From contig CALSSD010000010.1 of the NCBI GenBank assembly GCA_943788915.1, forward strand, positions 496,001 to 560,000: 64,000 nt of DNA, written 5' to 3'. This document shows, one piece after another, positions 40,252-50,324 of this stretch (position 1 is its first letter; each line of letters starts with the position of its first letter). A program made the translations under genes and the position numbers. The notes beneath the pieces are model-generated. The model ran no database searches and was not told the DNA's origin. It saw only the letters and a program-made list of their open reading frames with translations. The DNA comes from an uncultured Acidimicrobiales bacterium (GTDB lineage: Bacteria; Actinomycetota; Acidimicrobiia; Acidimicrobiales; UBA10347).

Positions 40252-41034
40252 ATGCGCATAGCGACTTGGAATGTGAACTCGCTTCGCTCGCGTGCTGATC
40301 AGGTGCTGCCGTGGCTCCTCGCACGGGACATCGATGTCGCACTGCTGCAAGAGACAAAATGCGGCGACGAAGCCTTTCCCTTCGATCAGCTCACCGACCT
40401 GGGTTACGCGTCGGCACACCATGGCGTGAACCATTGGAACGGCGTTGCGATCATCAGCCGACTTGGGCTTGACGACGTGACCCGTGGTTTTGTGACGAAG
40501 CCGGAGTTCGACGAACCTCGGCTGATCGCCGCTACTTGTGGCGGTGTGCGGTGCTGGTCGGTGTATGTACCCAATGGTCGAGCTATCGAAAATCCCCATT
40601 TTGGCTACAAACTCACCTGGCTAGATCAGTTGGCGGCTGAGCTTCGCTCGCAGGATGCACCCGGCAGAGCTTCGTTGGCTGCCGGTGACTTCAACGTCGG
40701 CATGACTGATCTCGACTTCTATGACGCCAAACGGTGGAAGAACAAGAAGCACGCAACCGATGAAGAACGGGCTGGAGTCCAAGGGATCATGGACCTGGGC
40801 TTTACCGATCTGGCACGAGCCGAGTATCCGAACGATCCAATGTTTACCTGGTGGAACTACGTCGGAACCCAATTTGCCAAAGACAAAGGATTGCGCATCG
40901 ACCTTGCACTGGGATCCGCAACGGTGGCTGCACAAATCGATGATGTATGGGTCGACCGCCATGCCCGCGATCCACTGGTCGTCCATCCAGCCAAACCGTC
41001 AGACCACGCACCCCTCATCATCGACCTGGGGTAG
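40252..41034 (+). CDS. xth: Exodeoxyribonuclease III
   Basis: MRIATWNVNS, LQETK, YVPNG, GDFN, FTWW, GLRID and SDHAP motifs. Confidence 0.95.
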   Translation: MRIATWNVNSLRSRADQVLPWLLARDIDVALLQETKCGDEAFPFDQLTDLGYASAHHGVNHWNGVAIISRLGLDDVTRGFVTKPEFDEPRLIAATCGGVRCWSVYVPNGRAIENPHFGYKLTWLDQLAAELRSQDAPGRASLAAGDFNVGMTDLDFYDAKRWKNKKHATDEERAGVQGIMDLGFTDLARAEYPNDPMFTWWNYVGTQFAKDKGLRIDLALGSATVAAQIDDVWVDRHARDPLVVHPAKPSDHAPLIIDLG

Positions 41035-41079
41035 TCAGCGTGGCGACTCGTTCCTCGCCGAAACCCTGATGGATCAGAT

Positions 41080-42273
41080 CTACCCGCGGGGGACGTCGAT
41101 CCACGGGACGTCCTTGTCGACGCGCGGTTCGCCTGGCAGGCCCAGGACCTGTTCGCCAAGGATGTTCTTCATGACTTCACTCGTGCCACCCTCGATGGTG
41201 TTGGCACGGGCTCGCAAGAATGCGTAGCCAGCACTGTCGCCGATCATGTCGGTGGTCTCAGGTCGACGGAACGTGTAGTCGTAGTCGAGTTGGCCGGCCA
41301 TACCTTGCAGGTCCACGGCCTTCTCCCAGATGTCCTGGTTGACGTAGGCCATCATGGCCTTACCGACTGAACCTTCGGGACCAGGGTTACCGGAACGGGC
41401 TGCCTGTGCGGCTCGCATGTTGGTCAAACGAAGAACTTCGGCTCGGATCCATAGCTGTGTGACTTCGTCTCGTACCACGGCAGAGTCGACGCCGCTCTTC
41501 TTGTAGACGTCGATGAGCTTGCCAATTGCGCCGCCGCCGGTGAGCAAGCCGCCACCGCTGCCGGAGCCGCCGATCGCCGTGCGTTCGTTCATGAGCGTGG
41601 TGAGCGCTGCGCGCCAACCTTCGCCCTCGGCGCCGATGCGATGCGCATCGGGGACACGCACGTCGGTCATATAGACCTCGTTGAACTCGGCCTCGCCAGT
41701 GATCTGGCGGAGCGGACGTACATCGACGCCCTCGGCCTTCATGTCGAGAGCGAAGTAGGTCATGCCGCGGTGTTTACGCACGTTTGGATCGGTCCGGGTG
41801 ACCAACATGCCCCAGTCGGCAATGTGTGCCAGCGTGTTCCAGACCTTCTGACCGTTGATGATCCACTCATCGCCGTCTTTGAGCGCTTTAGTGCCAAGGC
41901 CAGCGAAGTCAGAACCAGCGCCAGGTTCTGAGAACAGCTGGCACCATTTCTCTTCACCGGTGAACATGGGGCGAAGGAACCGTTGTTTCACATCATCGTC
42001 GGCATGGGTGACAATGGTCGGCCCGGCCAGGTACATGAAGAACTGTGCGGGATCGGTTGGTGGAGCACCGGCGTCGCGAAGTCGCTTGTTGATGGTTTGT
42101 TGCAGCTGCGGGGCCATACCAAGGCCGCCTGCACCCTTCTCGAACTGGATCCAAGCCAGTCCAGCATCAAACTGATGGCCGCGGAACTCGAAATAACTTT
42201 CGGCCGTGGGATCGTGGTCGGCAAGAAGTGCGTCGAGGGCAGCTTCGACTGTCTGGAGATCAGCATCGCTCAT
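41080..42273 (-). CDS. Acyl-CoA dehydrogenase family protein
   Basis: WCQLFSEPGAGSD, NGQKVW and TIEGGTSE motifs. Confidence 0.92.
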   Translation of the reverse strand: MSDADLQTVEAALDALLADHDPTAESYFEFRGHQFDAGLAWIQFEKGAGGLGMAPQLQQTINKRLRDAGAPPTDPAQFFMYLAGPTIVTHADDDVKQRFLRPMFTGEEKWCQLFSEPGAGSDFAGLGTKALKDGDEWIINGQKVWNTLAHIADWGMLVTRTDPNVRKHRGMTYFALDMKAEGVDVRPLRQITGEAEFNEVYMTDVRVPDAHRIGAEGEGWRAALTTLMNERTAIGGSGSGGGLLTGGGAIGKLIDVYKKSGVDSAVVRDEVTQLWIRAEVLRLTNMRAAQAARSGNPGPEGSVGKAMMAYVNQDIWEKAVDLQGMAGQLDYDYTFRRPETTDMIGDSAGYAFLRARANTIEGGTSEVMKNILGEQVLGLPGEPRVDKDVPWIDVPRG

Positions 42274-42354
42274 GACACAGAGGTTAACGACCAACACACC
42301 TAGGCTGTCAGTCGTACAACTTGAATTTGGGTTCCATTTCGGACCGGTAGAGCG

Positions 42355-43542
42355 ATGGCCGCTGAGATAACAACTGCAGCGACCTCAGCACCGCTGGGCG
42401 CAGACCGGCTGATGAGTCGGGAATTTGCCACGCTTATGGTGACTGCAAGCGTGTTCTTTCTTGCAACTGGGGCGGTGAATGCGCTGCTCCCGAAATTCGT
42501 GGTCGACGAACTAGGCGGGACCGAGGCAACCGCCGGATTTGTTATGGGTTCTGCCGCATTCTCAGCGCTCGCCACCCGAATTTGGTTTGGACGCACGGCA
42601 GACCGCCGGGGTGCTCGTCGCATCTTGGTGTTGGGCGCAGGTCTTGGTGCGGTGGCGTTCGTACTACTGGCCGCTGCTTCGACCGTGGCCGGAGCGGTCG
42701 CCGCCAGGCTGGTGCTCGGCGCGAGCGGTGCCGCCATGGTCACTGGTGCCACGATGCTTGGCATCCAGTTGGCCCCTCCAGCGCGGCGCAGTCAAGCTGT
42801 GGCACTCGTGCTCGTGTCCTTCCATGCAGGTATGGGCCTGGGGCCGACGTTCGCTGAGTGGTTGTTGAACCTCCGCAGCTACGCCTGGGTCTGGACGGTG
42901 GCGGCAGGCTTTTCCGTGGCGAGTGGCGGGCTTGCCATGTTGCTCTCGTTCCGTCCCGGCGATCCCAACGCTGAACCGTCACCCATGATCCATAGAAATG
43001 CGCTCTTGCCTGGTGTGGTCACACTCTTTGGCGTTTTTGCGTTTAACGGATTCATGACGTTCTTACCGCTGTATGCACGCGAGGTCGGTATGTCCGACGC
43101 CGGACTTGCGTTTCTTGTGGCCTCGGCAACCATGGTGCTCATACGCACGGCGCTAGGTCGGGTCCCAGATGTTGTTGGGCCTATTCGGGCCGGTTCTGGC
43201 GCGCTCGTCCTCACTGTCGGCGCCATGATCGTTGTCGCGTTGTGGGCGACGCCGACCGGGGTGGTCGTTGGCGCTGCACTGGTTGCTGCCGGCTTGTCAC
43301 TGCAGTCGCCGTCGTTCATCGCCATTGCCGTCGACGGCGTGTCCGATCGCGAACGAGGCTCGGCAATGGCCACTTTTACTGCGTTCTACGACGTGGCGGG
43401 AGCGGTTGTTGGACCCATGCTTGGCCTGATAGTGACGAACGCTGGGTATCGCCCTGCTTTTTTGACGACGGCGGTGTTGGCAGCGGTTGGACTGATCATC
43501 CTTCACCTGGTGGTGGCTCCACGGTGGAGCGCTGCGTCGTAA
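42355..43542 (+). CDS. MFS transporter
   Basis: About 12 TM helices, motif A GRTADRRGARR. Confidence 0.88.
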   Translation: MAAEITTAATSAPLGADRLMSREFATLMVTASVFFLATGAVNALLPKFVVDELGGTEATAGFVMGSAAFSALATRIWFGRTADRRGARRILVLGAGLGAVAFVLLAAASTVAGAVAARLVLGASGAAMVTGATMLGIQLAPPARRSQAVALVLVSFHAGMGLGPTFAEWLLNLRSYAWVWTVAAGFSVASGGLAMLLSFRPGDPNAEPSPMIHRNALLPGVVTLFGVFAFNGFMTFLPLYAREVGMSDAGLAFLVASATMVLIRTALGRVPDVVGPIRAGSGALVLTVGAMIVVALWATPTGVVVGAALVAAGLSLQSPSFIAIAVDGVSDRERGSAMATFTAFYDVAGAVVGPMLGLIVTNAGYRPAFLTTAVLAAVGLIILHLVVAPRWSAAS

Positions 43543-43682
43543 CCACCGCATCGCTTTCCACAGGCCGGCCTCACTCATAACCATGGCGAAGAGGGAAGTG
43601 GGCGCAACCGGTCAGAGACCCGTTTCGTTGTCCGGCATGTATTAGAGTTCGTTCGGCCAACCGCCTGATCTGAAAGCGCCTT

Positions 43683-44270
43683 ATGTCTGAAACACCATCA
43701 ACGCCACCGGGCTGGTACGCCGCCCCGGGAGATCCTGCTGGCACCCATCGGTACTGGGATGGCGTCGCCTGGCAGGGTGGACCCCAGCCGATCCAAGATG
43801 CACCGGCAGCGGCTGGCGGCGGGATGACAGCACACGGTCAGCGACTGGCAACAGCCGGCCAGCGGATTGGTGCTCGCCTCATTGACACCGTCATCATGGT
43901 CATCATCGTTATAGCGATCCTGGCTGCAATCTTCGGTTCAGGTATCGGTGAGTTCAACGCTGGTGTGTTGATTCTCGGCATCGCTTTCAGTTTCGCGTAC
44001 GAAGCTGCAATGGTGGCGCTCAAGGGCGGATCCCTCGGCAAGCTGATCTTGGGTCTCGCTGTCGTACGCGAAGACTCCGGCCTTACGCCTCCTGGGTGGG
44101 AACCCGCAATCATGCGTTGGATCCCGGGTCTTGCCGGCAACGTCCCGGTCATTGGGCCGCTGATCAGCCTGGTTGTCTTTGTGCTCTCACTGATCTGGCT
44201 CTTTAACGATCCCAAACGCCAGACGGTCTATGACCGCATCGCCAAGACCCAGGTGATCCAAACCAAGTAA
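43683..44270 (+). CDS. RDD family protein with N-terminal DUF2510
   Basis: PPGWYAAP..RYWDGVAW, RIGARLID and RQTVYDRIAKTQV. Confidence 0.88.
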   Translation: MSETPSTPPGWYAAPGDPAGTHRYWDGVAWQGGPQPIQDAPAAAGGGMTAHGQRLATAGQRIGARLIDTVIMVIIVIAILAAIFGSGIGEFNAGVLILGIAFSFAYEAAMVALKGGSLGKLILGLAVVREDSGLTPPGWEPAIMRWIPGLAGNVPVIGPLISLVVFVLSLIWLFNDPKRQTVYDRIAKTQVIQTK

Positions 44271-44326
44271 CAACTAGAGCGTCTCTTCGATGAGTTGCGA
44301 TGGTCGGTCCTGCCGGCGGTCGCAGC

Positions 44327-45190
44327 TCATTCGTATTTTTGGGCTGCGGCCAGGGCAGCACCGACATACCCGCCGCCGAACTTGATGGCGTGCACCAGCA
44401 ACGGCGCCAGCTGATGAAGCGCTAGCCGGTCAAACCAGCCATCGGCCAGTGGCGTTATCTGGTCATAGGTGCGAAAGATCATGTCGCTGAATCCGCCGAA
44501 GAGCTGCATCATTGCCAGGTCGAACTCACGGTGGCCGCCATGGCATGCCGGATCGATCAGCCAACTCGTGCCGAAGCGGTCGACGATCCGATTGCCGGCC
44601 CACAGATCGCCGTGCAAGCGGGCTGGTGGCTCGGGCGCACCGCCGACGACATCCAGCCGAGAAGCGACTGCAGTGAAGACCGCTAACCGCCGGTCGTCAT
44701 AGATCTGGCTGTCGTGTGCCAGGCGAATGAGCGGCAGGAGCCGTTGGGTCTCATAGAACTCGGCCCATGTGTCACAAGGCTCGTTCGGTAAACCACGACT
44801 GCCGGTAGTGCGGCGGTCAGTCCGGCCGAAACACGGGGCACCAGCATGGTGTAGTTGGGCGAGCCCAGTGCCAAAGGCGGCATCATCGCGTGGCGGCGTC
44901 GATGCTTCGTCGATCCATTCGAGCACCAAGAGCGGAGGCTCGTCGCTGGCCCCGAGCACCACCGGCACAGGAAGTGCATCGGCTTCGCTCAGCCATGCCA
45001 GGCCTCGCGCTTCCGTATCGAAGAAGTGCCCCGGTGGGTCGGCGTGTGTCTTTGCGAAGACGGTCCGACCATCGACCAGCGCTACACAGTAGGACGCGGC
45101 AACATCACCGCCAGTAAGCGGACGGCTCGACTGAATCTCGCTGCCCGTAATCTGGGCAACGGCCTCGCCTATGCGGGAATGTCGGTCCAT
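44327..45190 (-). CDS. Fructosamine kinase family protein
   Basis: EARGLAWL, LHGDLWAGN, IDPA and HREFDLAM motifs. Confidence 0.9.
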   Translation of the reverse strand: MDRHSRIGEAVAQITGSEIQSSRPLTGGDVAASYCVALVDGRTVFAKTHADPPGHFFDTEARGLAWLSEADALPVPVVLGASDEPPLLVLEWIDEASTPPRDDAAFGTGLAQLHHAGAPCFGRTDRRTTGSRGLPNEPCDTWAEFYETQRLLPLIRLAHDSQIYDDRRLAVFTAVASRLDVVGGAPEPPARLHGDLWAGNRIVDRFGTSWLIDPACHGGHREFDLAMMQLFGGFSDMIFRTYDQITPLADGWFDRLALHQLAPLLVHAIKFGGGYVGAALAAAQKYE

Positions 45191-46353
45191 GGAATCGCCT
45201 TGTCGACTCGAGGTTCGCCGGGTAGGCCGAGTACTCGTTCGCCAAGAATGTTCCGCATGATGTCGCTGGTGCCACCCTCGATCGTGTTCGCCTGCGACCG
45301 CAGGAAGAACTTCGAATAGCTCCAGTCGGCCCGGTTGGAGTCCCGGTTCATCGGGTACCCAGGTTCGTGCAACATGCCTTCGTCGCCTAACAGATCCATG
45401 CAGCAGTTCCAGATGCGGATGTTCAACTCGGCCGATGCGAGTTTGCCGACAGAACCCTCGGGCCCTGGGTTGCCCATTACGGAGTTCGAGCGCCCACGGA
45501 TCGTGGTTAGGCGACCGACTTCGGCTTCGATCCAGAGTTTCATAACCCGGTCGCTCATGACGCGTCGTTCAGTGACGTCGAGTTCGGGAGCCCGTTTCTC
45601 CCACAGCTTCATGAGCATGCTGATGTTGCCGGATCCTCGGGGAGCAGTGGAGCCGCCCAGGGCAACCCGTTCGTTCATCAGCGTTGTGGTGGCAACCCGC
45701 CAACCATCGCCAACAGCTCCGAGCAGGTTCGAGTGGGGCACTCGTACGTCGGTGAAGAACACTTCGTTGAACTCGGCATTTCCGGTGATTTGGAAGAGTG
45801 GTCGGATCTCGACACCCGGCGAATGCATGTCGAGGATGAAGTACGAGAGCCCCTTGTGCTTCGGCACGTCGGGGTCAGTGCGCACGAGCAGCATGCCGAA
45901 ACGGGCGTGATGGGCGCCGCTTGTCCAGACCTTTTGGCCGTTCACGATCCACTCGTCGCCGTCACGTACTGCGCGGCTTGAGAGGCCAGCGACATCGGAG
46001 CCGTGGCTTGGCTCCGAGAACATCTGGCACCAGAAGTCTTCGCCGGTGAAGATCTTCTTCAGGTGTTTGTCGTGGTGCTCGTCGGACCCGTAGGTGAGAA
46101 CGGTTGGCAGGCCCATGCCGATGCCGATCGTATTGATGCTGAGCGCAGCGAAACTACGCCCGGCGTCTCGTATTGCCTTCTCGACGGCGCCTTGCATCGA
46201 CGGTGACAGTTCGAGGCCGCCCTTGCCCACGGGGAATTGCACCCGGGCCAGGCCCGCGTCCCACAGCGCGGAGCGGAAGTCGACTTCGGGCGCATCGAGG
46301 CCGACCTGGTCAACGACCGACAACGTGAGTTCGCGCAGTGCTGCTTCGTTCAT
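45169..46353 (-). CDS. Acyl-CoA dehydrogenase family protein
   Basis: WCQMFSEP, NGQKVWTS and TIEGGTSD; paralog of 41080-42273. Confidence 0.92.
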   Translation of the reverse strand: MNEAALRELTLSVVDQVGLDAPEVDFRSALWDAGLARVQFPVGKGGLELSPSMQGAVEKAIRDAGRSFAALSINTIGIGMGLPTVLTYGSDEHHDKHLKKIFTGEDFWCQMFSEPSHGSDVAGLSSRAVRDGDEWIVNGQKVWTSGAHHARFGMLLVRTDPDVPKHKGLSYFILDMHSPGVEIRPLFQITGNAEFNEVFFTDVRVPHSNLLGAVGDGWRVATTTLMNERVALGGSTAPRGSGNISMLMKLWEKRAPELDVTERRVMSDRVMKLWIEAEVGRLTTIRGRSNSVMGNPGPEGSVGKLASAELNIRIWNCCMDLLGDEGMLHEPGYPMNRDSNRADWSYSKFFLRSQANTIEGGTSDIMRNILGERVLGLPGEPRVDKAIPWTDIPA

Positions 46354-46386
46354 CTCCTGAGTATTGCCGAAGTCGCAGCGCCGTTA

Positions 46387-47025
46387 TCAGTCCCGCATGC
46401 TGTTTGTTCCCATCACGTCGGTGTCCCCATCAGTCGGGGCTGCGATCTCAACGATGCGTTCATCGACATCGTCGTATTCAAGGCGCAACGCTCGGCACAT
46501 GAGTGCGTGCAGCTTGTAGCTGGCCACCGCATAAGTGAGCTCGACGATCTCGACCTCGCTGAGATGGGAACTCAACGCCGCGAAGGTGGCGTCCTGCACC
46601 CGGCCATCAGCAAGTGTGAGTTCGTCGGTGTAGGCAAGCACGGCCTGTTCGGCGGGGGTGAAAAGTTTGCTCGTGGTCCAGGCTGGGATTGCAAGGAGTT
46701 GTTCGTCAGAAACACCGACTCGACGGGCGGCCTTGCAGTGCTGGCTGAACACGAACTGGCTGGCAGCCACGAAACCGGTGCGGGTCAACGCGATCTCTCG
46801 CAGTTTGGGATCCAGGTCGCGGTCTGGGCTGCTGAAGAGGCCGAAGCCCGCAACCATATGGCCCATGAGTTCTGGTGTTTGGGCAAAGACCGTCCACCAG
46901 TTGCCCGGTGTCCCGGTGGCCGTCCCCGGTTCAGCGACGGGGTCACGGTCGCCAAACAACTTGTCATAGATCGGCAGGACTGAATCGGCTGCCTCGTCTC
47001 GTGGGATCTGTGTGGTGCGCGTCAT
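46387..47025 (-). CDS. Carboxymuconolactone decarboxylase family protein
   Basis: LDPKLREIALTR..SQFVFSQHC and LAYTDEL motifs. Confidence 0.85.
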   Translation of the reverse strand: MTRTTQIPRDEAADSVLPIYDKLFGDRDPVAEPGTATGTPGNWWTVFAQTPELMGHMVAGFGLFSSPDRDLDPKLREIALTRTGFVAASQFVFSQHCKAARRVGVSDEQLLAIPAWTTSKLFTPAEQAVLAYTDELTLADGRVQDATFAALSSHLSEVEIVELTYAVASYKLHALMCRALRLEYDDVDERIVEIAAPTDGDTDVMGTNSMRD

Positions 47026-47071
47026 GTGCGTACTGTAGGTGTATGCCGTGGGGGCTACCGAAGGGACAGTA

Positions 47072-47692
47072 ATGACTCAGACCAATGGCCAGACCGATAA
47101 CTCTGCAACCGGCGACTCTGCAACCGGTGACTCTGGAACCGGCGGCTTTGTGTTCGGCGGCATCAACCACATCGCTCTGGTGTGCCAAGACATGGAACGC
47201 ACCGTCGACTTCTATACCAATGTGTTGGGTATGCCGTTGATCAAGACGCTGGAGATTCCTGGCGGCGGGCAACACTTCTTCTTCGACTGCGGCAGTGGCG
47301 ACTCGATCGCGTTCTTCTGGTTCCCCGACGCTCCTCCGGCAGCGCCTGGAATCGCATCGGCCGAAGACATGCCTGGGCGTGGGCGCCTGTTGTCAGCGCA
47401 CGGCTCGATGAACCATCTGGCGTTCGATGTCCCTGCTAACAAGTTCGACGAGTACGTCGACAAGCTCAAGGAAAAGGGCGTCGACGTCAGTGTGGTTCTC
47501 AACCACGACGACAGCGAATCGACCATCGCTGCTGAACTGCACCCTGGCGTGTTCGTGCGGTCCGTCTACTTCAAGGACCCAGACGGCATCGTGCTCGAGT
47601 TCGCTGCGTGGACCAAGACGTTCGGCCCCGAAGACGTGCTGCATCCCCCGGCACGAGCGAACGGCGAACGAGCCCAACCGGTCAGGACCTGA
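47072..47692 (+). CDS. VOC/glyoxalase family protein
   Basis: INHIALVC, MNHLAF and SVYFKDPDGIVLEF motifs. Confidence 0.9.
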   Translation: MTQTNGQTDNSATGDSATGDSGTGGFVFGGINHIALVCQDMERTVDFYTNVLGMPLIKTLEIPGGGQHFFFDCGSGDSIAFFWFPDAPPAAPGIASAEDMPGRGRLLSAHGSMNHLAFDVPANKFDEYVDKLKEKGVDVSVVLNHDDSESTIAAELHPGVFVRSVYFKDPDGIVLEFAAWTKTFGPEDVLHPPARANGERAQPVRT

Positions 47693-47700
47693 GCGCGTTC

Positions 47701-48093
47701 ATGCTGGTTACCCGCATCTACTCCGGCGACGACGGCCACAGCCATTTTGAAGAACTTGACATGCCGCTGGTCATCTCCGACGCAGGCGCAATGTCGACGA
47801 AGATCCCGATCGAGACACTCTTTTTCCGAGACACAACGGATGCCGGCCCCGAAGTCTGGGACTTTCACGTTGCGCCCCGCCGTCAGTTCGCTCTCCATGT
47901 GATTGGTCGCACAGAGATCGAAGTTGGTAGCGGCGAAAAGCGCACCTTTGGGCCAGGAGACGTGTTGCTAGCCGATGACCCGACCGGCCAAGGCCACATC
48001 AGCCGCCAGGTCGACGGCCCGCGTTTCCAGGTGTTTGCAGTGCTCGCTGACCACGTCGATCTCGATCGCTGGCGCACGCTTCACACCACCTAG
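47701..48093 (+). CDS. Cupin-like conserved hypothetical protein
   Basis: RIYSGDDGHSHFE, HVAPRRQF and GDVLLADDPTGQGH. Confidence 0.8.
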   Translation: MLVTRIYSGDDGHSHFEELDMPLVISDAGAMSTKIPIETLFFRDTTDAGPEVWDFHVAPRRQFALHVIGRTEIEVGSGEKRTFGPGDVLLADDPTGQGHISRQVDGPRFQVFAVLADHVDLDRWRTLHTT

Positions 48094-48164
48094 ATCACGA
48101 CAATGATCGCGACAATGAAGGGACGTACACCAGGTGCAGGTCCCTTCCTGCGTGCGATGATGGT

Positions 48165-49529
48165 GTGATGTTGCTAGACGAGCTGCAGAAGCGGCTTCCG
48201 CCCGAGTCCATCCAGGTCGATACCGACGTCATCGAGGCCTATAGCCAAGATCGTGCGGTGTTCGAAGCCGCAGGGAAAGCGTCAATCCTGGTCATGCCAG
48301 CTTCGACGGCCGAGGTGGTCGCCGCTGTCGAGGCAGCAAACGTGGCCAATGTTCCGATCGTCCCCCGTGGAGCCGGCACCGGACTGACAGGTGCGGCCAA
48401 TGCGGTTGACGGTTGCATGGTGCTGTCTCTCCATCGGATGAACCAGATCCTCGAGATCGACACCACCAACCGCAATTGTCGAGTGCAACCAGGTGTCATT
48501 AACTCCCATCTCAAGGACGCTGTCGCGGAGCACGGCCTGTTTTACCCACCAGATCCAGCGTCGTTCGACATGTCGAGTATCGGTGGCAACGTCGCCACCA
48601 ATGCTGGCGGTCTGTGTTGTGTCAAATACGGAGTGACCCGCGACTATGTCATGGGCCTCGAAGTCGTTATGGCTTCGGGCGAAGTCATGCGGACCGGACG
48701 CAAGACCATCAAGTCGACGACGGGTTTGGACCTGACCGGCCTGTTTGTTGGCTCCGAGGGGGTGCTTGGCATCATCACGGAGATCACCCTGAAGTTGGTG
48801 ACAGCGCCGCCACCACCGTCAACCGCTGTCGCCTACTTCGACAAGCTTGAACCGGCTGGCACGGCCATTGTGGAGATCTTTCGCCAGGGTCATGAACCGA
48901 GTCTGATGGAGATCGTTGACCAGGCCTCGCTTCGTCAGGTCGAGGCGGTGTATCCGATGGATCTCGATGTCGATGCAGCCTGTTTGTTGCTGATGCAAAC
49001 ATCGGGCGAAGACTCGGCCGGTCGCATCGCTGAGATCAGTGAGATCTGCACTACTCACGGCGCCACGTTCGTCTACCACGTCGAGGATCCGCACGAGGGC
49101 AACATGTTGATCGAAGTGCGTCGCAAGGTGTGGCCTGCCTTCGAACATTTAGGAAAGGCAATGTTGCCCGAAGATGTTGCTGTTCCCCGTGACCGCCTTC
49201 CAGAACTACTCGCTGGCATCACTGATATCGCTGAACGCAACCAGGTCATGCTGCCGACGATCGGCCATGCCGGCGACGGGAACATGCACCCGCTGCTGGT
49301 GTTCGATGGTCAAGACGCCGAAGAAGTGGCCCGAGTCAAGGTTGCGTTCGGTGAGATTGTTGCACTCGCTCTTTCGCTCGACGGCACGATCGCCGGCGAA
49401 CACGGCGTGGGCACGTTGAAGAAGCCATTCATCGAACTTGAACTCGATCCGATCCAGCTCCAGGTTCAGCGCAGCATGCGCACCTTGCTTGATCCCCACG
49501 GCCGACTTAACCCAGGAAAAGCGATCTGA
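48165..49529 (+). CDS. FAD-linked oxidase (GlcD/D-lactate dehydrogenase family)
   Basis: RGAGTGL, YPPDPAS, GSEGVLG, GHAGDGNMH, GEHGVG and LNPGK motifs. Confidence 0.92.
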   Translation: MMLLDELQKRLPPESIQVDTDVIEAYSQDRAVFEAAGKASILVMPASTAEVVAAVEAANVANVPIVPRGAGTGLTGAANAVDGCMVLSLHRMNQILEIDTTNRNCRVQPGVINSHLKDAVAEHGLFYPPDPASFDMSSIGGNVATNAGGLCCVKYGVTRDYVMGLEVVMASGEVMRTGRKTIKSTTGLDLTGLFVGSEGVLGIITEITLKLVTAPPPPSTAVAYFDKLEPAGTAIVEIFRQGHEPSLMEIVDQASLRQVEAVYPMDLDVDAACLLLMQTSGEDSAGRIAEISEICTTHGATFVYHVEDPHEGNMLIEVRRKVWPAFEHLGKAMLPEDVAVPRDRLPELLAGITDIAERNQVMLPTIGHAGDGNMHPLLVFDGQDAEEVARVKVAFGEIVALALSLDGTIAGEHGVGTLKKPFIELELDPIQLQVQRSMRTLLDPHGRLNPGKAI

Positions 49530-49740
49530 TGGAAGCACGCGACGGCGGCCACGCGACTTTCACCGGTGCCGGATCCGGTATCGGGTTGCGTGCCGCGCAA
49601 GCGAACCACACCTCGTCATAGCCGACTGCAAGATCGTTGTATCGATGTCGAAAGTCGCGACTGCACAATCACCAACCAAGCCATCCAATTCGCCGTTTCT
49701 GCAAACATGATCGGCGTGACCGAAGACGCCCACCTGAGTG
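49529..49740 (+). pseudogene. Remnant of an SDR gene
   Basis: ATG overlaps the glcD-like stop (TGATG); MEARDGGHATFTGAGSGIG, then LVIAD in a shifted frame. Confidence 0.5.
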
Positions 49741-49743
49741 TGT

Positions 49744-49777
49744 GAAAAGTTACCTCCCCAGGGGAACATAACTTTTC
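49744..49777. repeat. Palindromic repeat copy 2
   Basis: GAAAAGTTACCTCCCCAGGGGAACATAACTTTTC, just past the ogt stop. Confidence 0.75.
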
Positions 49778-49778
49778 G

Positions 49779-50312
49779 TCAGAAGAGGCGTTGGACCCCG
49801 GACTCCAGGTCGAGCAAGAAACGTTTGACGTCGAGACCGCCGCCGAAGCCGACCAGGGAGCCGTCGCTGCCAACTACTCGGTGGCAGGGCACGACGATCG
49901 GGATCGGATTGCGGCCATTGGCAGCGCCCACGGCTTGGAATGCCCCAGGGTGACCGGCGATGTCTGATTGTTTACCGTAGGAGATGGTCTCGCCATAGGG
50001 GATGGACCGCATAGCGAACCACACGTCGACTTCGAAGTCATTGCCCTCGACATGCAACGGTAGATCGAAAGCAGTGCGGTCACCGTCGAAATACTCGGCA
50101 AGCTGGCGGGCGGCGTTGAGCAGCACAGGGTCATCTTTGGCCTCGGGTACGTCCTCGGACACGAGGCCGAGATCGGCCAATGTGTGCGTCGGAAAAAGGA
50201 TGTGAGTGATCCCGGTGTTGTCGGCGATCACCATCAGAGGCCCGACCGGTGAGTCCACGGTGCATCGTCGAGGCGACACGAGATAGTCAGCGAGCCTCAG
50301 TGGCATGCCCAT
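49779..50312 (-). CDS. ogt: Methylated-DNA--protein-cysteine methyltransferase
   Basis: IPYGETISY, AVGAANGRNP and PCHRV active site. Confidence 0.95.
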   Translation of the reverse strand: MGMPLRLADYLVSPRRCTVDSPVGPLMVIADNTGITHILFPTHTLADLGLVSEDVPEAKDDPVLLNAARQLAEYFDGDRTAFDLPLHVEGNDFEVDVWFAMRSIPYGETISYGKQSDIAGHPGAFQAVGAANGRNPIPIVVPCHRVVGSDGSLVGFGGGLDVKRFLLDLESGVQRLF

Positions 50313-50324
50313 CGTGTGCGCCGC

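Noticed and set aside
47092..47142. 15-bp triple repeat (GDSAT) at the VOC protein N-terminus
   Set aside because: Short in-frame low-complexity linker with no spacers; not CRISPR-like
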